From positions 1,336,627-1,400,626 of the forward strand of contig MU004230.1 of NCBI GenBank assembly GCA_010405405.1: 64,000 bases of DNA. The letters run 5' to 3'. The notes below the pieces were generated by a model. The model was not told the DNA's origin. It searched no databases and saw only the letters and a list, made by a program, of their open reading frames with translations. This DNA comes from Microthyrium microscopicum (taxonomy: Eukaryota). The position numbers and the translations under genes were made by a program. Within the stretch, counting starts at the first letter, position 1. The number at the start of each line of letters is the position of its first letter. Below, piece by piece: positions 37,642-50,381 of the stretch.

Positions 37642-39074
37642 TCAAACGACAGTGACCTCCTTGACCTCCACAGAGGCGTCCATTGGCTTCTTCGCTGCGT
37701 CTTCTTCTGCCTTCTTCTTCGCAGCAGCTGCCTTCTTCTTCTTGGTCTTCTTACTTGGCCCGTTCAATCGACCGACTTGGACTTCTCCTGGAGGAATGAC
37801 CGAGGTCGCATCTAACGAACAATCGACATCATCTGGAAATGAAGTTTGTTCTACATCTTCTTTCTCGCCCCAAACGGACATGGCATCTGCGTTTGAGTTG
37901 GCTTGCGATTCAAGTTTGCTGTGCTCGTCTTCAGCTTCAGCCTCACCATTGGTTGCCTCGACGGCAGTGGCAGTGACGGGCTCATTGGGGGTGACGACAT
38001 GGACAGTAGTGTCCTTGGAGGTAGTTGTGACGGTGACGGTAGTTTCTTTCGCAGCCGCAACTGGCTTGGCTTGTATGGCTGCAATAGCAGCTGCCTCAGC
38101 CTCCTCTTCGACTTCCATCGGTGCCTCTTTTGGGCTGGAAAAGTCGTGGATCTCGCTCTTCTTCTTGTCTTTGGAGCTCCAGATCCAATCAGCTTGAGGT
38201 GATCTGGTTGATTCTCCGAAGCGGTCTTCGCCATTCAGGCGGGGAGTACCGTTCTGCTGAACAGGTGTGTTGATGCCGGACTGGAATTGATCGCCATCAT
38301 CCACACGTGGACTTGAAAGTGAGATTTGGCTGTTTGTGCGCTCTAGACGGCCAGGGATTGTTCCCTTTTCGAGGTACATCTCTGCGATGCTCTTGAATAG
38401 AGCGCGGTCGAAGAAGGCACTCTTTCCGATGACTTCGTCGAGCTTGCCTTCTGGGCCGATGAGTGCTTCGAGTGTGTCTTTCTGCTTCAGGAGGATCTTC
38501 ACATGGCTTTTTATGTGTTCCACAAACCACTCGTCCTTGGGTAGACGTGGTTGTAGCTCTGTCGCGGACTGAAGAAGCTCAGGGAGGGTGAGAAATTTGG
38601 CGTTGAACTCGATCTTGCTCTTCGCAGTCTTTTCGAGCTCTGCTAGCGAGCATGCGCGCGCGCCATAGTATGTGAGTACGCTGCCTTTGTGTTGGCCAGC
38701 TCGTAGTGTTTCTGTGCCGGAACCTAGGATTTCGTAACGGCCAGTGTAGAGCCAATGGATCAAAGTATGGCCAACTTCATGGTCAACTTCTGGGAGTTCG
38801 AGTATTGGGTTCGCCGAGGCATCAAGCTTGCTTCGGAGAGATTCGTGCTTGTTGATTGCAGATTCGAGAATCGTGTATACTGATCGCGATGGGCCGATAT
38901 AAACGGTTACAGGCCGGGACATGTAAGGACTGCTTTTTGTTAGCCACCAACTTCTAACTGTACGGCTTGAGATAGAACTTACGACACCACCGTAGGTTGA
39001 GGATCTTGATTACCATAAATTCCATTGACCCCATTGACCCCATTGGTCCCGTTGGACCCATTGGTTCCATTCAT
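37642..39074 (-). CDS. BTB-like fungal protein with acidic/Lys-rich tail
   Basis: ATG 39074 with (NG)n leader; intron 38930-38982; VTVYIG and LELPEVDHEVGHTLIHWLYTGRYE motifs. Confidence 0.7.
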
Positions 39075-40717
39075 GGTGAAGAGCTCAAGTGTGATACAAC
39101 TGAGCTGTCATCAAAACTTCCAACAATTACAACAACAAATCAAGCTATCAGCAAGACTACATTTCCAGTAAACACACACACTTGGAAATAAAAAAAGTTT
39201 CGAAAAAATATCCAAATAAAAAAATGGCGGTGACGGTCTTCATTTGTATTAGCTCATGCACTGCAGCAACCCTCCCGCCAACACGATCCTATGCTGATAC
39301 TGCAGGCTTTCACCGGAAAACATGCAACTCCATAAACGAATCACACGTAGCCACGCTTGCCAGTTCGCCCGACATCCAGCCATTCAAATTGAAATAGCCT
39401 GATGAAGGAGCCTCAAACGCGGAGATGGACAGGCGCCATTGGCACGATGCACAATTGCCGAACAGCACCGCGACCAAAGCGGATAGACTCGAACAGCCTG
39501 TCAACGTGCATGGGTATTTGCATACGACTGTAGCCTCCTTCACAAGAGTTGTGCTTTGACGCTGCAGATGGGGATGAGCTTTCTAATGGACAGTATGTTT
39601 GATGTGTTGAAAGGTAATTGTAGGGGATATTGAAGAGCAATTTCGCGACTGTTGTGGCGAGAAGTGGTTGGGTGAAGATTTGGTGTACACCGCTTTATCA
39701 AAACTTTGTCTGTGCAGCTGCAGCTTAAAGTAGTCGCAACATCAGAAAGGAAATGATTTAATGAGTGGCTGCTTCAAGTATTTTGTTCGGTCCTTGAACT
39801 TCTGCTCGTTATTCATCGAACGCTACTCACTGCCCAGGCCTGTTTGAACAATGGAAGACTCAAGAGACTGGTGTGGCATCGGTGCGAGTCGCGACAGAAA
39901 AGACGAGAGATGTACATAGCCGGTTTTCAATGCAACAAGAACATTAAAGTATTCCTTATGTCTAACAGAACCACCGCTCTCCTCTCGAGTCTCTCTACCT
40001 TTTGCTAATGAATGGGCAAGATAGACACTTCACTCTGCGACAAGAGTCATGTCGGAGTATGGTTCAGCTGGCCCAGTCAACCACAACATATATGGTACTC
40101 GTGGGCCCCAGGAATGGGGCAGCAAATGTCTTTTCAGAGTCGATGGAGAAGGGAACCTGATTTGCACAGAATGCTATTGTGTAAACGCATGTTGGACGAC
40201 CAGTATTTGCTCATCATTTTGCAGTGATATAGCACGGCCACACAGATTTCCACCAGCTTCAAACGTTACCAACATTGAACCTTATGCATCAGCAAAGTGA
40301 GCCTCTTGCATCGTTTCAACAGCCCAAGCTTCATTTCACCTACGCGCTGCTGAGTAGTATCGAGGTTTCTATTCCTACAAGGCGATGGCAAGCAGTGAAG
40401 AAGATGGTACTTGAGTCTGGAGCACGTCAGAATTTGCGTTGGAGGATACAAACGCGGCGAGGTCCGCATTCGCGCTAAGCTATATTCACCTGTAAAATTT
40501 CGAGTAGTCATCACAAGTAGTGTTACAACTCATGGTTCCAGGCGTTCCATTGGCTTTGGGTCCGTAACTTACACCCCGGTTTGTGCCGCTAGTACCGTTC
40601 AAGCTCCTACGTCGCTCCGAGCTTAATCGACTCATAGCCAAATTTCTCATTAAAATATCAAGCTCAGTAGCAAATCTCCCTGAACTTCATCTACATGCCG
40701 CGCTCACACTAAACGAC

Positions 40718-43401
40718 ATGGCAACAATAATTCTTGGATCGCAGTGGGGTGAGTGTTTCCCATGTCCACCAACGGATGGGCAAAATCAACAGCAAGCTTG
40801 TAGCAACTCTGATGTTTATCAACGCACTTTATACCGAGAAAGCACTTTGTAAAGAGTTCAGTCGTTGGTAGACATCGGACTGGATGCAAGCTTGCCTACT
40901 CCATGGCGTGCCTTACTCTATGCGTGAAATCTGTGGAATTTTGCTAATGAGTTCTAGGAGATGAAGGTGTACGTTACAGATATGCTCTCAACGACTACGC
41001 CATCGACCATCAAGTGTGGTGTCAGAACCAGCATGTCTTCTTAAACAAGGGCAATGGACGATATCGTAGTCGATGAGAGAACGCCAAATTATCGTCGGAT
41101 TCATGGTTGCTAATGCACGTCATTTCTCTAGAAAGGTAAACTTACCGACATTCTCGCCAATGACACACAAGTTTGTGCTCGAGCTGCTGTAAGTTGCTGC
41201 ATAAACATCTGAAACATAGAGGGTATAATCATACTAAATCTAATCTTAGGGCGGTCACAATGCTGGTCAGTAAGTACTTTACAGCCTTGAAGGTTAAAGC
41301 ATCAAGAGTAAAAGCGCAAATAATAACGTCCTAAAGCTCCATTGTAGCAAATGGTGTATCCTATAGGTTAGTGAGATTTAGAGAGCTTGAGGAGGGCAAC
41401 AAAAACTGGCATGCTCCCATCGAATGATGGCTATCATCAACATTCAAAAGCACATCGAGGTGTGCGACTGGAAACGAAGCACTCGAAAAAGGGTTTAGTT
41501 CATGGCAGTCAGCGAAGTTGATGGGAGCACGCCAGTTTTTGAAAATAACTAAATATCTGTCGAGACTAACTGGTGTAGCTTTCACTTACTACCCTCCGGA
41601 CTCATCAACCCAAAGTGCATGAACCTGATTGGATCTGGGGTCGTCTTTCATGTCCCAACATTCTTCTCCGAGCTTGCTGAGTTAGAAGCGAAAGGACTGG
41701 AAAATGTCCGGGATCGAATCTTCGTCTCGGACCGTGTGCAAATTGATCTTGATCTCCATATTGCGGTTGACGGACTGGAAGAAATAGAGCTAGGTGAACG
41801 TAAGGTTGGAACGACAGGTCGCGGAATTGGTCCTTCTTATAGCACAAAGGCAGGCCGTAAGTTTGCCATCCCGTTGCGAATGAAACTTTATATTAACACA
41901 GGCTCTACAGGAAGCGGAATCCGACTGGCCGAGGTTTTCGATGCCGAAACGTTTGAGCGTAAGTTGCGACAACTAGCAACAGGATATTCAAAACGATATG
42001 GCGACCTCCTAAAGTACGACGTGGAAGACGAATTGGCCAAATTCCAGAAGTATCGGGCCGAGCTTCCACATTTTACAGTCGACGCTATCGCTTTTATCAA
42101 ATCCGTACAGGATAAGAACTCGAAATTGCTTATCGAAGGCGCAAATGCTCTTATGCTTGACATCGACTATGGCACGTATCCCTATGTTACTTCATCAAAC
42201 ACTGGCCTCGGGGGTATATTCACAGGACTCGCCATCAATCCAACGAAGATCAAGCAAATAATAGGCGTCGTCAAGGCATACACCACAAGAGTCGGCGAGG
42301 GTCCTTTCGTGACGGAAGACACTGAGGAGTAAGTTCTGAGTCCTGGTACCCGTCATATTCGAATGGCTCTGGAATCAGGCTTCGGCGAGATAAATAGCAC
42401 GCTCCCATCGACTTCGACGGCCACCACTGCTGCTTTTGAGAAAAAGAGACTTTAGGTCCCATGGGGCTCGATGAATTGTCAAATATTGAAGGCGTTCTAT
42501 GGCAGATAAGGCACTCGATGATATAGCGTGGTGGATGGTAGCCATCAAAGTCGTTGGGAGCATCAAGGTTTTGCCATTTTGTTGAAAGCCGCCAAGGACA
42601 TCGTCAGATGCGTTGAGTCAAGACTGAAGTAATGCTAACTTTGGTAGGGTCGGAACAAAGCTACAAGAAATTGGCCGCGAATGGGTAAGCAACAAGTGAA
42701 AATTTGAGTGATTTAACGTTGACATGATTTCAGGGTGTGTCGACCGGAAGAAAACGAAGATGTGGTTGGTAAGTTTTTCCTTCTGATTGCTGTTAATTGG
42801 TTGTTTCCGGACTAATATGTCGTAGGCTGGGTAAGTTGGCTTTGTGTACTGGACGTCAAAGGCAAATGATTTGACATTTATTCTAGACCTTGTTGTCGTT
42901 AAATACAGCACGGTATGCAGTCATTCTCTGATCAGAATACGACTTATCTTTACTCACAAAATCTAGGCAGTCAACCATTACACGGCATTGAACATCACCA
43001 AGCTTGATGTGCTAGACACGTTCTCTACCATCAAGATCGCTGTTGGCTACAATGACCCACAAACCGGAAAGGTTAGTAGTTCCAGCACACAATGCAGTCA
43101 GATCATTGAATTGACGACTAATATCAGGAGATCCCCTCACTATTCCCTGCGGACCTCGGTTTGTTAGGCCGAGCGGAAGCAGTGTATCACGAAATGCCGG
43201 GTTGGAACGTGTCAACTGCTGGTGTGAAAGCATACGAAGACCTTCCTGAGCAAGCTCGAAACTACATTGAGGCATGTCTAGATCAAAACGAGTACTATAA
43301 CCCTATGCTGACACTAAGAACAGTTCATCGAAAAGTTCATTGCAGTCCCAGTGAAATGGGTAGGAACTGGTCCCTCTCGAGATGACATGATTAGTAGGTA
43401 G
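40718..43401 (+). CDS. ADE12: Adenylosuccinate synthetase (14 exons)
   Basis: [58 protein letters not shown] and WVGTGP reconstructed across 13 introns. Confidence 0.95.
41400..41541. repeat. Fold-back element in ADE12 intron 5
   Basis: caaaaactggcatgctcccatcga / ttgatgggagcacgccagtttttg, a 24-bp near-perfect inverted repeat. Confidence 0.85.
42396..42564. repeat. Fold-back element in ADE12 intron 7
   Basis: gctcccatcgacttcgacggccacca / tggtagccatcaaagtcgttgggagc. Confidence 0.85.
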
Positions 43402-44105
43402 GTAGTTGAAATTGGTGCGAAGTAGAGGGCGTGGGCCTGAAGGCTAGTCTCAGGCATATTGCTGAGGTTGTGAGCTATTATACTTCTAGATAATAGACAG
43501 CCTCTTGCAGTTTTATATGAATGTAATGGTATCGATGAAGTATACCTCATAGATATACCGAATGCGATGGTGAAAAGCGTACCTTTTTCAAAAGATGGGA
43601 TTCACCTGGCCATCAGGCTGAATCACAGCATCAGGCTGAGGTGTAATCAGGATGAATTCGACTGGATCTGATCGAATTGCGCTTGGGCAGTCAAGCCAGG
43701 TCTAAGGTACGGACCCTAATATGCCTATTTCCAATTTTTTGTCATCATAGGCCTATAAGACCAATATAAGAATTTGCCCAGGTTAGGTAAGAGGAATATA
43801 GCCCTACGTATATGTATGATGTATATGCAATCCACTCACTAAAACGAGCTGCGCGTAGGAGAAAACCAATAGAAGCCACGGGTCGGCTCTTATGATAGCC
43901 GATTGCTTCTAGAATCTGAATAACATTAATCTAATAATCTACCTTGTATTACCTGATATGGAATGTCTATCGAGTAATTCGCTCGCCAGGTACTCAGGGA
44001 GCTTGCCTATTTGAGTATTTCGTGCGCAGATATGCTGCCATATCTTGGGTTGAGAGTCCCTTTCAATTAGAAGATTCAGACTTTGCTCTGTTCGAGACCA
44101 AAATC

Positions 44106-46037
44106 ATGTATCGCCTTTTAATCACACTCGTTTTTGGATCCAGTGTTGTGGCTGCGCAACCAACTTTCAAAGTCGGTGATGGAGTGAAAACAACCTCTGG
44201 TACAGTTATAGGGCAGGCCTCAAAGTGGCAGCCTCAAGTATCAGAATATCTAGGAATTCCCTTTGCAAAGGCTCCAGAGGGTGAGCTGAGATGGGCAGCA
44301 CCACAAGCTATCACAGATTCCTCAAAGACCATCAACGCGACAAAATATGTAAGAAATGTAGCCACTTTGGACTAGAGAGAATGCTAACCATTCTATAGGG
44401 ATTGTATGTTCTATATTATCTGGAGGCCTCGTAGCCTTATTGACTTGTTCGCAGTGCTTGCCCCGAATCTGCTTCGCGTTTGTCTCAAGGTGTTCCAGGA
44501 GCAGCGGCGGCCAGTGGAGCTTCTGATGTGAAAGACCAAAGAGAAGATTGCCTCAATCTGAACATTTACACAAAGCCGCAAACTGGGGAGAAGAAGAAGG
44601 CTGTTTTGGTCTGGATATATGGAGGAGGTTTGTCAGTACTTGCCAATAATGACCGTAAACTAACGTGATCTAGGATTCGTGTATGGCAGCAACGAGAGTA
44701 TGTCGCAGCTCCCTGTTACTGTACCAAAGAGTAGCCTTTAACTTTGACTTTCAGATCCTGCTTACAATGGAGCTCTTATGGCTGAAGAGAACGATGTTGT
44801 CAGCGTCGCCATTAAGTAAGTGTCCAAAAACAGGAACATTGCCAAGAGAGAATCGCTCATTGGATATTAGTTATCGCCTTCATGTGCTGGGCTTTCCAGG
44901 AGTTGGTATACCTGAGAAGAATCCTGCTCTGCTTGATCAACGTCTCGCCCTCGAATGGGTGCGTGACAAGTAAGTTCTGAGGATTCCAGTACTAGGCTTA
45001 GCTAACATAGCGAAGTATTGAGAAATTTGGAGGCGATCCAAAGCGAATCATTATCCACGGGCAATCCGCTGGGGGAGCATCGGTCGACTATTATTCCTAT
45101 GCCTGGACAAAAGATCCAATCGTGTATGGTTTCATCCCTCAATCTGGAACTGCGGCAATCAGAATGTCCGCTGGTACTGGCAATGCCACTGCCAACGCAA
45201 TCAATCAATGGTCAACCCTCTCTGACAAACTGGGATGCGGAGCCGTCACAGCTGAGGATGTTACCAAGACTCTCTCCTGTATGAGGTCAAAGCCACTCAA
45301 AGCAGTAATGGATGCTACGGCGCCAGCTGCTGGTCAGCAAGCAATGGGCTCTTGGGGGCCAAAGGTTGATGGAAAGACTGTTTTTGAAGATCTCGCAGAC
45401 CGCGGAGCAAAGGGAAACTTCATCAAAGCTGTAAGTATGCTTCTTTCGGAATTGAAATCAATACTGATGATATGTTCAGCCTATCTTTGTTGGCAACACG
45501 AACAATGAAGGTCAGGGCCAGCTTGGAAGTAAAGCAGCTTTAGCTTCCAACTGTGGTCCTCGTCGCGCTGCTCAGCTGCGAAAAGATGCTGGTGTTCCAG
45601 CCTGGCGATACATTTATGCCGGAGAGTTTGAGAACCAGAAGAAGGGTCCTTGCCGAGCAACCACTGAGGGTGCATGGTTTGTAACTACCTTGCCAATTTC
45701 CACGTAGTCATACTGACGAGTTACTAGCCATTCTGCTGAGATCTCCATTGTTTTCGGTTCCAACCCAATGAAGGGCAAGGGTACAGATACTGAGAACGAG
45801 AAGAAGTTGTCCAAAGAGCTTCGCAAAGCGTGGACAGAGTTTGCTAAAGATCCAGCTCATGGCCTAGAGAAGATGGGCTGGCCACAATATGACAAGTCAA
45901 GTAAGTCCTTCGTTTCCAAATTAAAGGAATTATACTGACATCAAACAGAGCCATCTGTCATTGTCATGGGTGGAAAGGACTCGGCTGAGATCAAGTTTGA
46001 GAGTGTCGATAAGTTGGACACGGAGTGCCCAGCATAA
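44106..46037 (+). CDS. Secreted type-B carboxylesterase (cholinesterase-like)
   Basis: Signal peptide; YLGIPFA, EDCLNLNIY, VWIYGGG, LDQRLALEWV, FGGDP and HGQSAG motifs; about 9 introns including a 5-nt exon at 44399-44403. Confidence 0.88.
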
Positions 46038-46106
46038 ATTTGGCACCTGTTCGACTAAAGAGCTCTATACCTCTCGAATATACAGCTCCAGCAGCATAAA
46101 TGTCTA

Positions 46107-46990
46107 TCAATGCAATGTAAAGGTTTCAACAGCTCTCCGTTTCGATTGAATGTTTGATAGTGCTTCACCAGCCGTAAAGCCGTCCAGGTAGCACTCTCCA
46201 ATGAATGTGAATGAACCATCATCATCAGTCAGACGAAGCACAACTGGAACACTGCATCCAAACAGTATGCATACCATATCGCCTTTCTTGGCACGAAGTG
46301 GTGCCATACCGATGTATCCATGCTCAGTGACAAGGAGCCTTCGTTCCAGAATCGTGACAGTTTCCCAGAGCCTGGTTAATAATGAACCTGAATGATATAT
46401 GGACCTGAAGTCCGTAAGTTTTGTCGATGCTGTTGTATGTATGGCATGACTAAGGCTACTTAAAGGTTGACCTTTGATCTTGAGATGCTTATTCTTTGCG
46501 TACCAAGAAATGAACCGAGGATGGACATTCTCGGGGTGAAGCTCTGCGGCGCGACAAATAGCCTCCAGCTCTGATGAGATCTGTTCATGGTCTGCGTGAT
46601 GATTGAAGTACTTGTCCATGCGGTCCAGAGTTAGTGACCTAGAGATACTTTTCAGCAGCTCGTGTGCTTCTTTGGACGCTAGATCTGATGAATGAAGTTC
46701 TCGCTCAGTATTCGAGTATTCAGTTAGATTTCTAGCATCCTGCGGAAGGTTGAACGTTCAATTTTTTCTATCCTTGTCATTTTTCCATCTTTGCTTCTTG
46801 ATGAAGGAGAGAAAGTCCATTGTAACATCGCTGTCCTCGGATTTCTCGCCAAGCCAAACAATGGACTTGACAGTCTGAGTATAGATGCGACCCATAAGCT
46901 GTACCTGCAGAACTCGTCTAGTGGGCGACTCATGTCTCTTGTAAAAGAAAGAGAATTGCACTATGGAGGTCCGGCGGTAAATACCATACA
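46107..46990 (-). pseudogene. Truncated HET-6-like heterokaryon-incompatibility gene remnant
   Basis: QVQLMGRIYTQ..IVWLG (HET domain part) followed by a stop; C-terminal block GYIGMAP..GD.VCILFGCSVPVVLR..FIGECYLDG in a separate ORF; middle of the HET domain not found. Confidence 0.65.
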
Positions 46991-47404
46991 AGTATCAAAT
47001 TCACAAGAGGAGGTTGGAGGTTTAAAGGGGTCGACAACTTTGTATCTTTGATGGTAAGGTACAAAGGCGCTAGGACGCATGGGGAAGCTACGGGCCGTTC
47101 CGTCGCCATCAACCAATCAATGCAGCATAACCTCATCTTTTCAATCATATAAAGCAACGACTCTGACATATAATAGACTTAGTTGCTGGACTTCTGGTTT
47201 TTCTCGTCTTTTTACTAGACTCACTTTCAAGAAATGCACCATCACTTGTCAAATTTACAAGTTCACATCTCACAAAAAAGTCCAAAAGAACAACATTAAG
47301 AAAAGCGAACAGGCTCAAACACCCCAAAGATACATTCAAACACTGTTTTCACAAAAATAGCAAACCTAGCTTGCCTAGCTTACTTTGACAAGAAAAGCAG
47401 AAGC

Positions 47405-47785
47405 TTAAGCAAGCCTCCTCTCCATATGCCCCTTCCACCTCTTCAACTGCCCCATCTTACCCTCAATCCACCTCATAGTATCATCCCGATTCGGCCCAAT
47501 ACCCGGTCTATTAACCTTATCCAGCGCAGCCAAATACTTGTACGCAAGTCTTACCTGCGCCAAATGCTTGGCCGCCATCTCAGTGGTACAGAAGTATATC
47601 TCTGCTTTGCCAAAAGTCACTGAATCATCGTCGTCTGCATCGATCAGGTCAAGCCAGATCGGGGAGGTGATGTCGATTTGGGTGGAGTAGTGGTCTACAA
47701 ACTTTTGGTTGTTGACTTGTTTGGAGATCCAGCTGAAATGGGCGGTTAGGAAGGATACTGTGGCTGCTGCGGTGGTGGTGGTCAT
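47405..47785 (-). CDS. Hypothetical protein (126 aa)
   Basis: ATG-initiated ORF; no recognisable motif. Confidence 0.35.
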   Translation of the reverse strand: MTTTTAAATVSFLTAHFSWISKQVNNQKFVDHYSTQIDITSPIWLDLIDADDDDSVTFGKAEIYFCTTEMAAKHLAQVRLAYKYLAALDKVNRPGIGPNRDDTMRWIEGKMGQLKRWKGHMERRLA

Positions 47786-48185
47786 TTTGGTGGTAGGAGG
47801 AGGTTTGGTATGGCGGTAATAGCATTATGATGGTAAGGGGCATATATGCGATTGGTGATGGAGAGACAAAGACTTTGCTTGGGGTGCGTTTGTTTGGGGT
47901 GGTGGTGATAACAATGGGTATTATAGTTTCTCTTTGTTGTGGTCATTGTTGCTTTGTTTGTAACTTTTAAGCTTCTCTTGTTGAGTGACATGTTCTGTCT
48001 TGACCATAGAAGGTTCAGACTGACGATAGAGTGAGTTGAGGTCTTCACTATTGTCAATGAATTGGCTTCATGATCAGCTGATAGTAGTCATACTCCTGTT
48101 CAATAGGAGTAGAGGAGGAATTATTATTTCTACATTACGGATAATAGAGCAGTATACGGAAATGTCCACCCACGCCAAAATGATA

Positions 48186-49827
48186 TTAGATCGCTGGAGC
48201 TTCGAAAGCATCTCGTCGTAATTTTAGCAGATTAGACTGCTTGTGTGGGAAGCCGACTTCTTTTTCCTTGTAGAACCCAGCCTCTAAAGCGTAGTTCAGT
48301 AACCTACACAGTTAGTATCACTTTCAATTTGAGAGTTTATGGTACTCACTTGGTATTGTCAACCCTCGGCTCCATCATAATCATCTCGGTACGATTGTCT
48401 GCCAATAGTAGATGATGAATCAGCGAAGATAGCCAGATCTTGACTCGATCTGGGCCTCTGAATTCCTCTTCACCAACAAGGCAATGGATTCCCCTGTCGT
48501 AGTTCCCGACATCTCCTAGCAGTCTTCCCAAGGAATCTTCCTTCACCCAGTAGATCTCGAAATATCCAAAGGGCTTTCCGTCAAAGCTGCCAATCAGAGG
48601 TACGCTATGTTTGCTACTCATTGCTCTCTTCAGAAAAGCGTGCTGACTATCTCTGTTACCAGCTTCGCCCCAATAGTTGTTGACCCTTGGATTGTTCATC
48701 CATTTGTGGAGCAGATCCACGTCATTTTCCTCAACATGCAGGTCCTTGATGCTCGTCAGAACAGACTCTGAAAGGCTGGCCCTTCCTGACGCCAGCATGG
48801 CATGCGTTGAAATAGGTCCTTTGTGCTGTGTTGATTTATTGAGTATAGATGCTACCCTGAACGTCAAGTATTGACCTACACTCGGCACAAATCGAGTATA
48901 CACAATCTCGCCTGGTCGGCCTGGTTTTGGCCTCAAAGGATGCCTCAGCCCGTTGGTATAAACGTATTGCCCAGGTGAGGGTGGATAATACGTCGGCAAA
49001 TGACTGGCGGATGTGAATGGCGTGGGCGATTGTGTTCCTGAAAACGTCCCCTGAGCAGCTATGCTATTCATGCCTGCAGGCGTGTTGTCTCTCTCTTCAC
49101 CAAGCCTGTGGGGAGATCCTGGACGAGAATTGACTGGAGTGCCACCACCCGGATATGGAGAGCCACTGGTTGGCGACAGAGTGAATAGGTATATCCGCGC
49201 GTCGAGTTGCCAGAAGGAACGGCGACTGACAAACATATCAAGCCAACCTTCTCCAGCTCGCTCATCTCGATCTACTCCAACGCAAGAGTCTTCAGACGCG
49301 ATGAGGCCCATGCGTTCCAGCTTGGGGAGAATAACCCGGCTCTTGAAAACACCTTCGCGGTTGACCTGGATGCGCCAGTCTGCTTTGGGTCGTCCAGATT
49401 TGGGCGTCTGGGAGGACTGTTTGGTGAGCATGTGCGGGTCTGGCTGAGGTTGCTGAAAGTACCAGTACAGAGTCGCCCATAGCATCATGGCAATTTGCCG
49501 CGATTGTGAGCTTGCTGGCCTGAACTCTGAGCTGGGTGGTTGTGAGATGGATGATATGAAGAGATGGTCATTGCGAAGAGTTGGTGTATGATAAGGGTGT
49601 ATTATCCTTTTGTTGTGAGGAGCATGTCCTTCATGTACAGCCTCTGTAGCTAGAACTGGAGAGTCGATTTCTCCACCATCGACAGTGTTGATAACCACAG
49701 TCCATCCTGGAGGGAATGAAGTTGCGTTGTGGGTGTTTAGATCGTTTGACTTGAAGTACAGTCCACCAAAGATAGGCGTGACAGTTATGGTAAGACCATT
49801 GGGTAAGTGTAGAATTGAAGGAGCCAT
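48186..49827 (-). CDS. sidL: Siderophore N5-hydroxyornithine acyltransferase (SidL-like, AlcB/GNAT)
   Basis: MAP..LHLPNG..VTPIFGG N-terminus; HKWMNNPRV, GYFEIYWVKED, DRGIH.LVGE, EPRVDN and FPHK motifs; intron 48304-48349. Confidence 0.8.
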
Positions 49828-50381
49828 GATTATGTAGAAAGTCAACAAGGAGATACCAGAAATATATACTAGGGTATGAATTACTAGTGTGGTGGAGATT
49901 CTCATTAACTTTGGGTTTTTCAGACTATCGGATGAGGTCGTCGGGCCGTAGCCATTGGGCAATTGAAGAAAAGCATACAAGATAGCTTCACGGGTACCAT
50001 GTTGTGTGAGAGTATCTGCAAACCGCGTGCCGTGAATACCTCTGGACTCATGCAAAGAGCTCTTTGCCCCGCGGTCTCGCCCGATGCTTGTCCCTAAGGT
50101 CCAATGTGGCAAGCGGATGCGAAAAGCCCAAAGAGAGATGATTTTAGGAATGAGGCTAAGTTGTAGAGAACGGTCGTTATCGATAAGCCCTAAGACACGT
50201 TGAACCCTCTCACAGCTTGCGAAGGGGGAGCTCGGCTTCTGACGTCGATGGCCATGGTGTTGAGCTTTTCGTCAAATGTCCGTGCACCGACACTTTCCAT
50301 CAACATCCGACCAAACAACATCTTCTACACTGCTCAATATTCTCACCTATACACGTCAATTGAGAAGACATAGCATACATC

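Noticed and set aside
40749..42647. Purine-sensing riboswitch or snoRNA in ADE12 introns
   Set aside because: The same motif occurs in ATP1 and in intergenic DNA, and no convincing aptamer or C/D or H/ACA box arrangement was seen.
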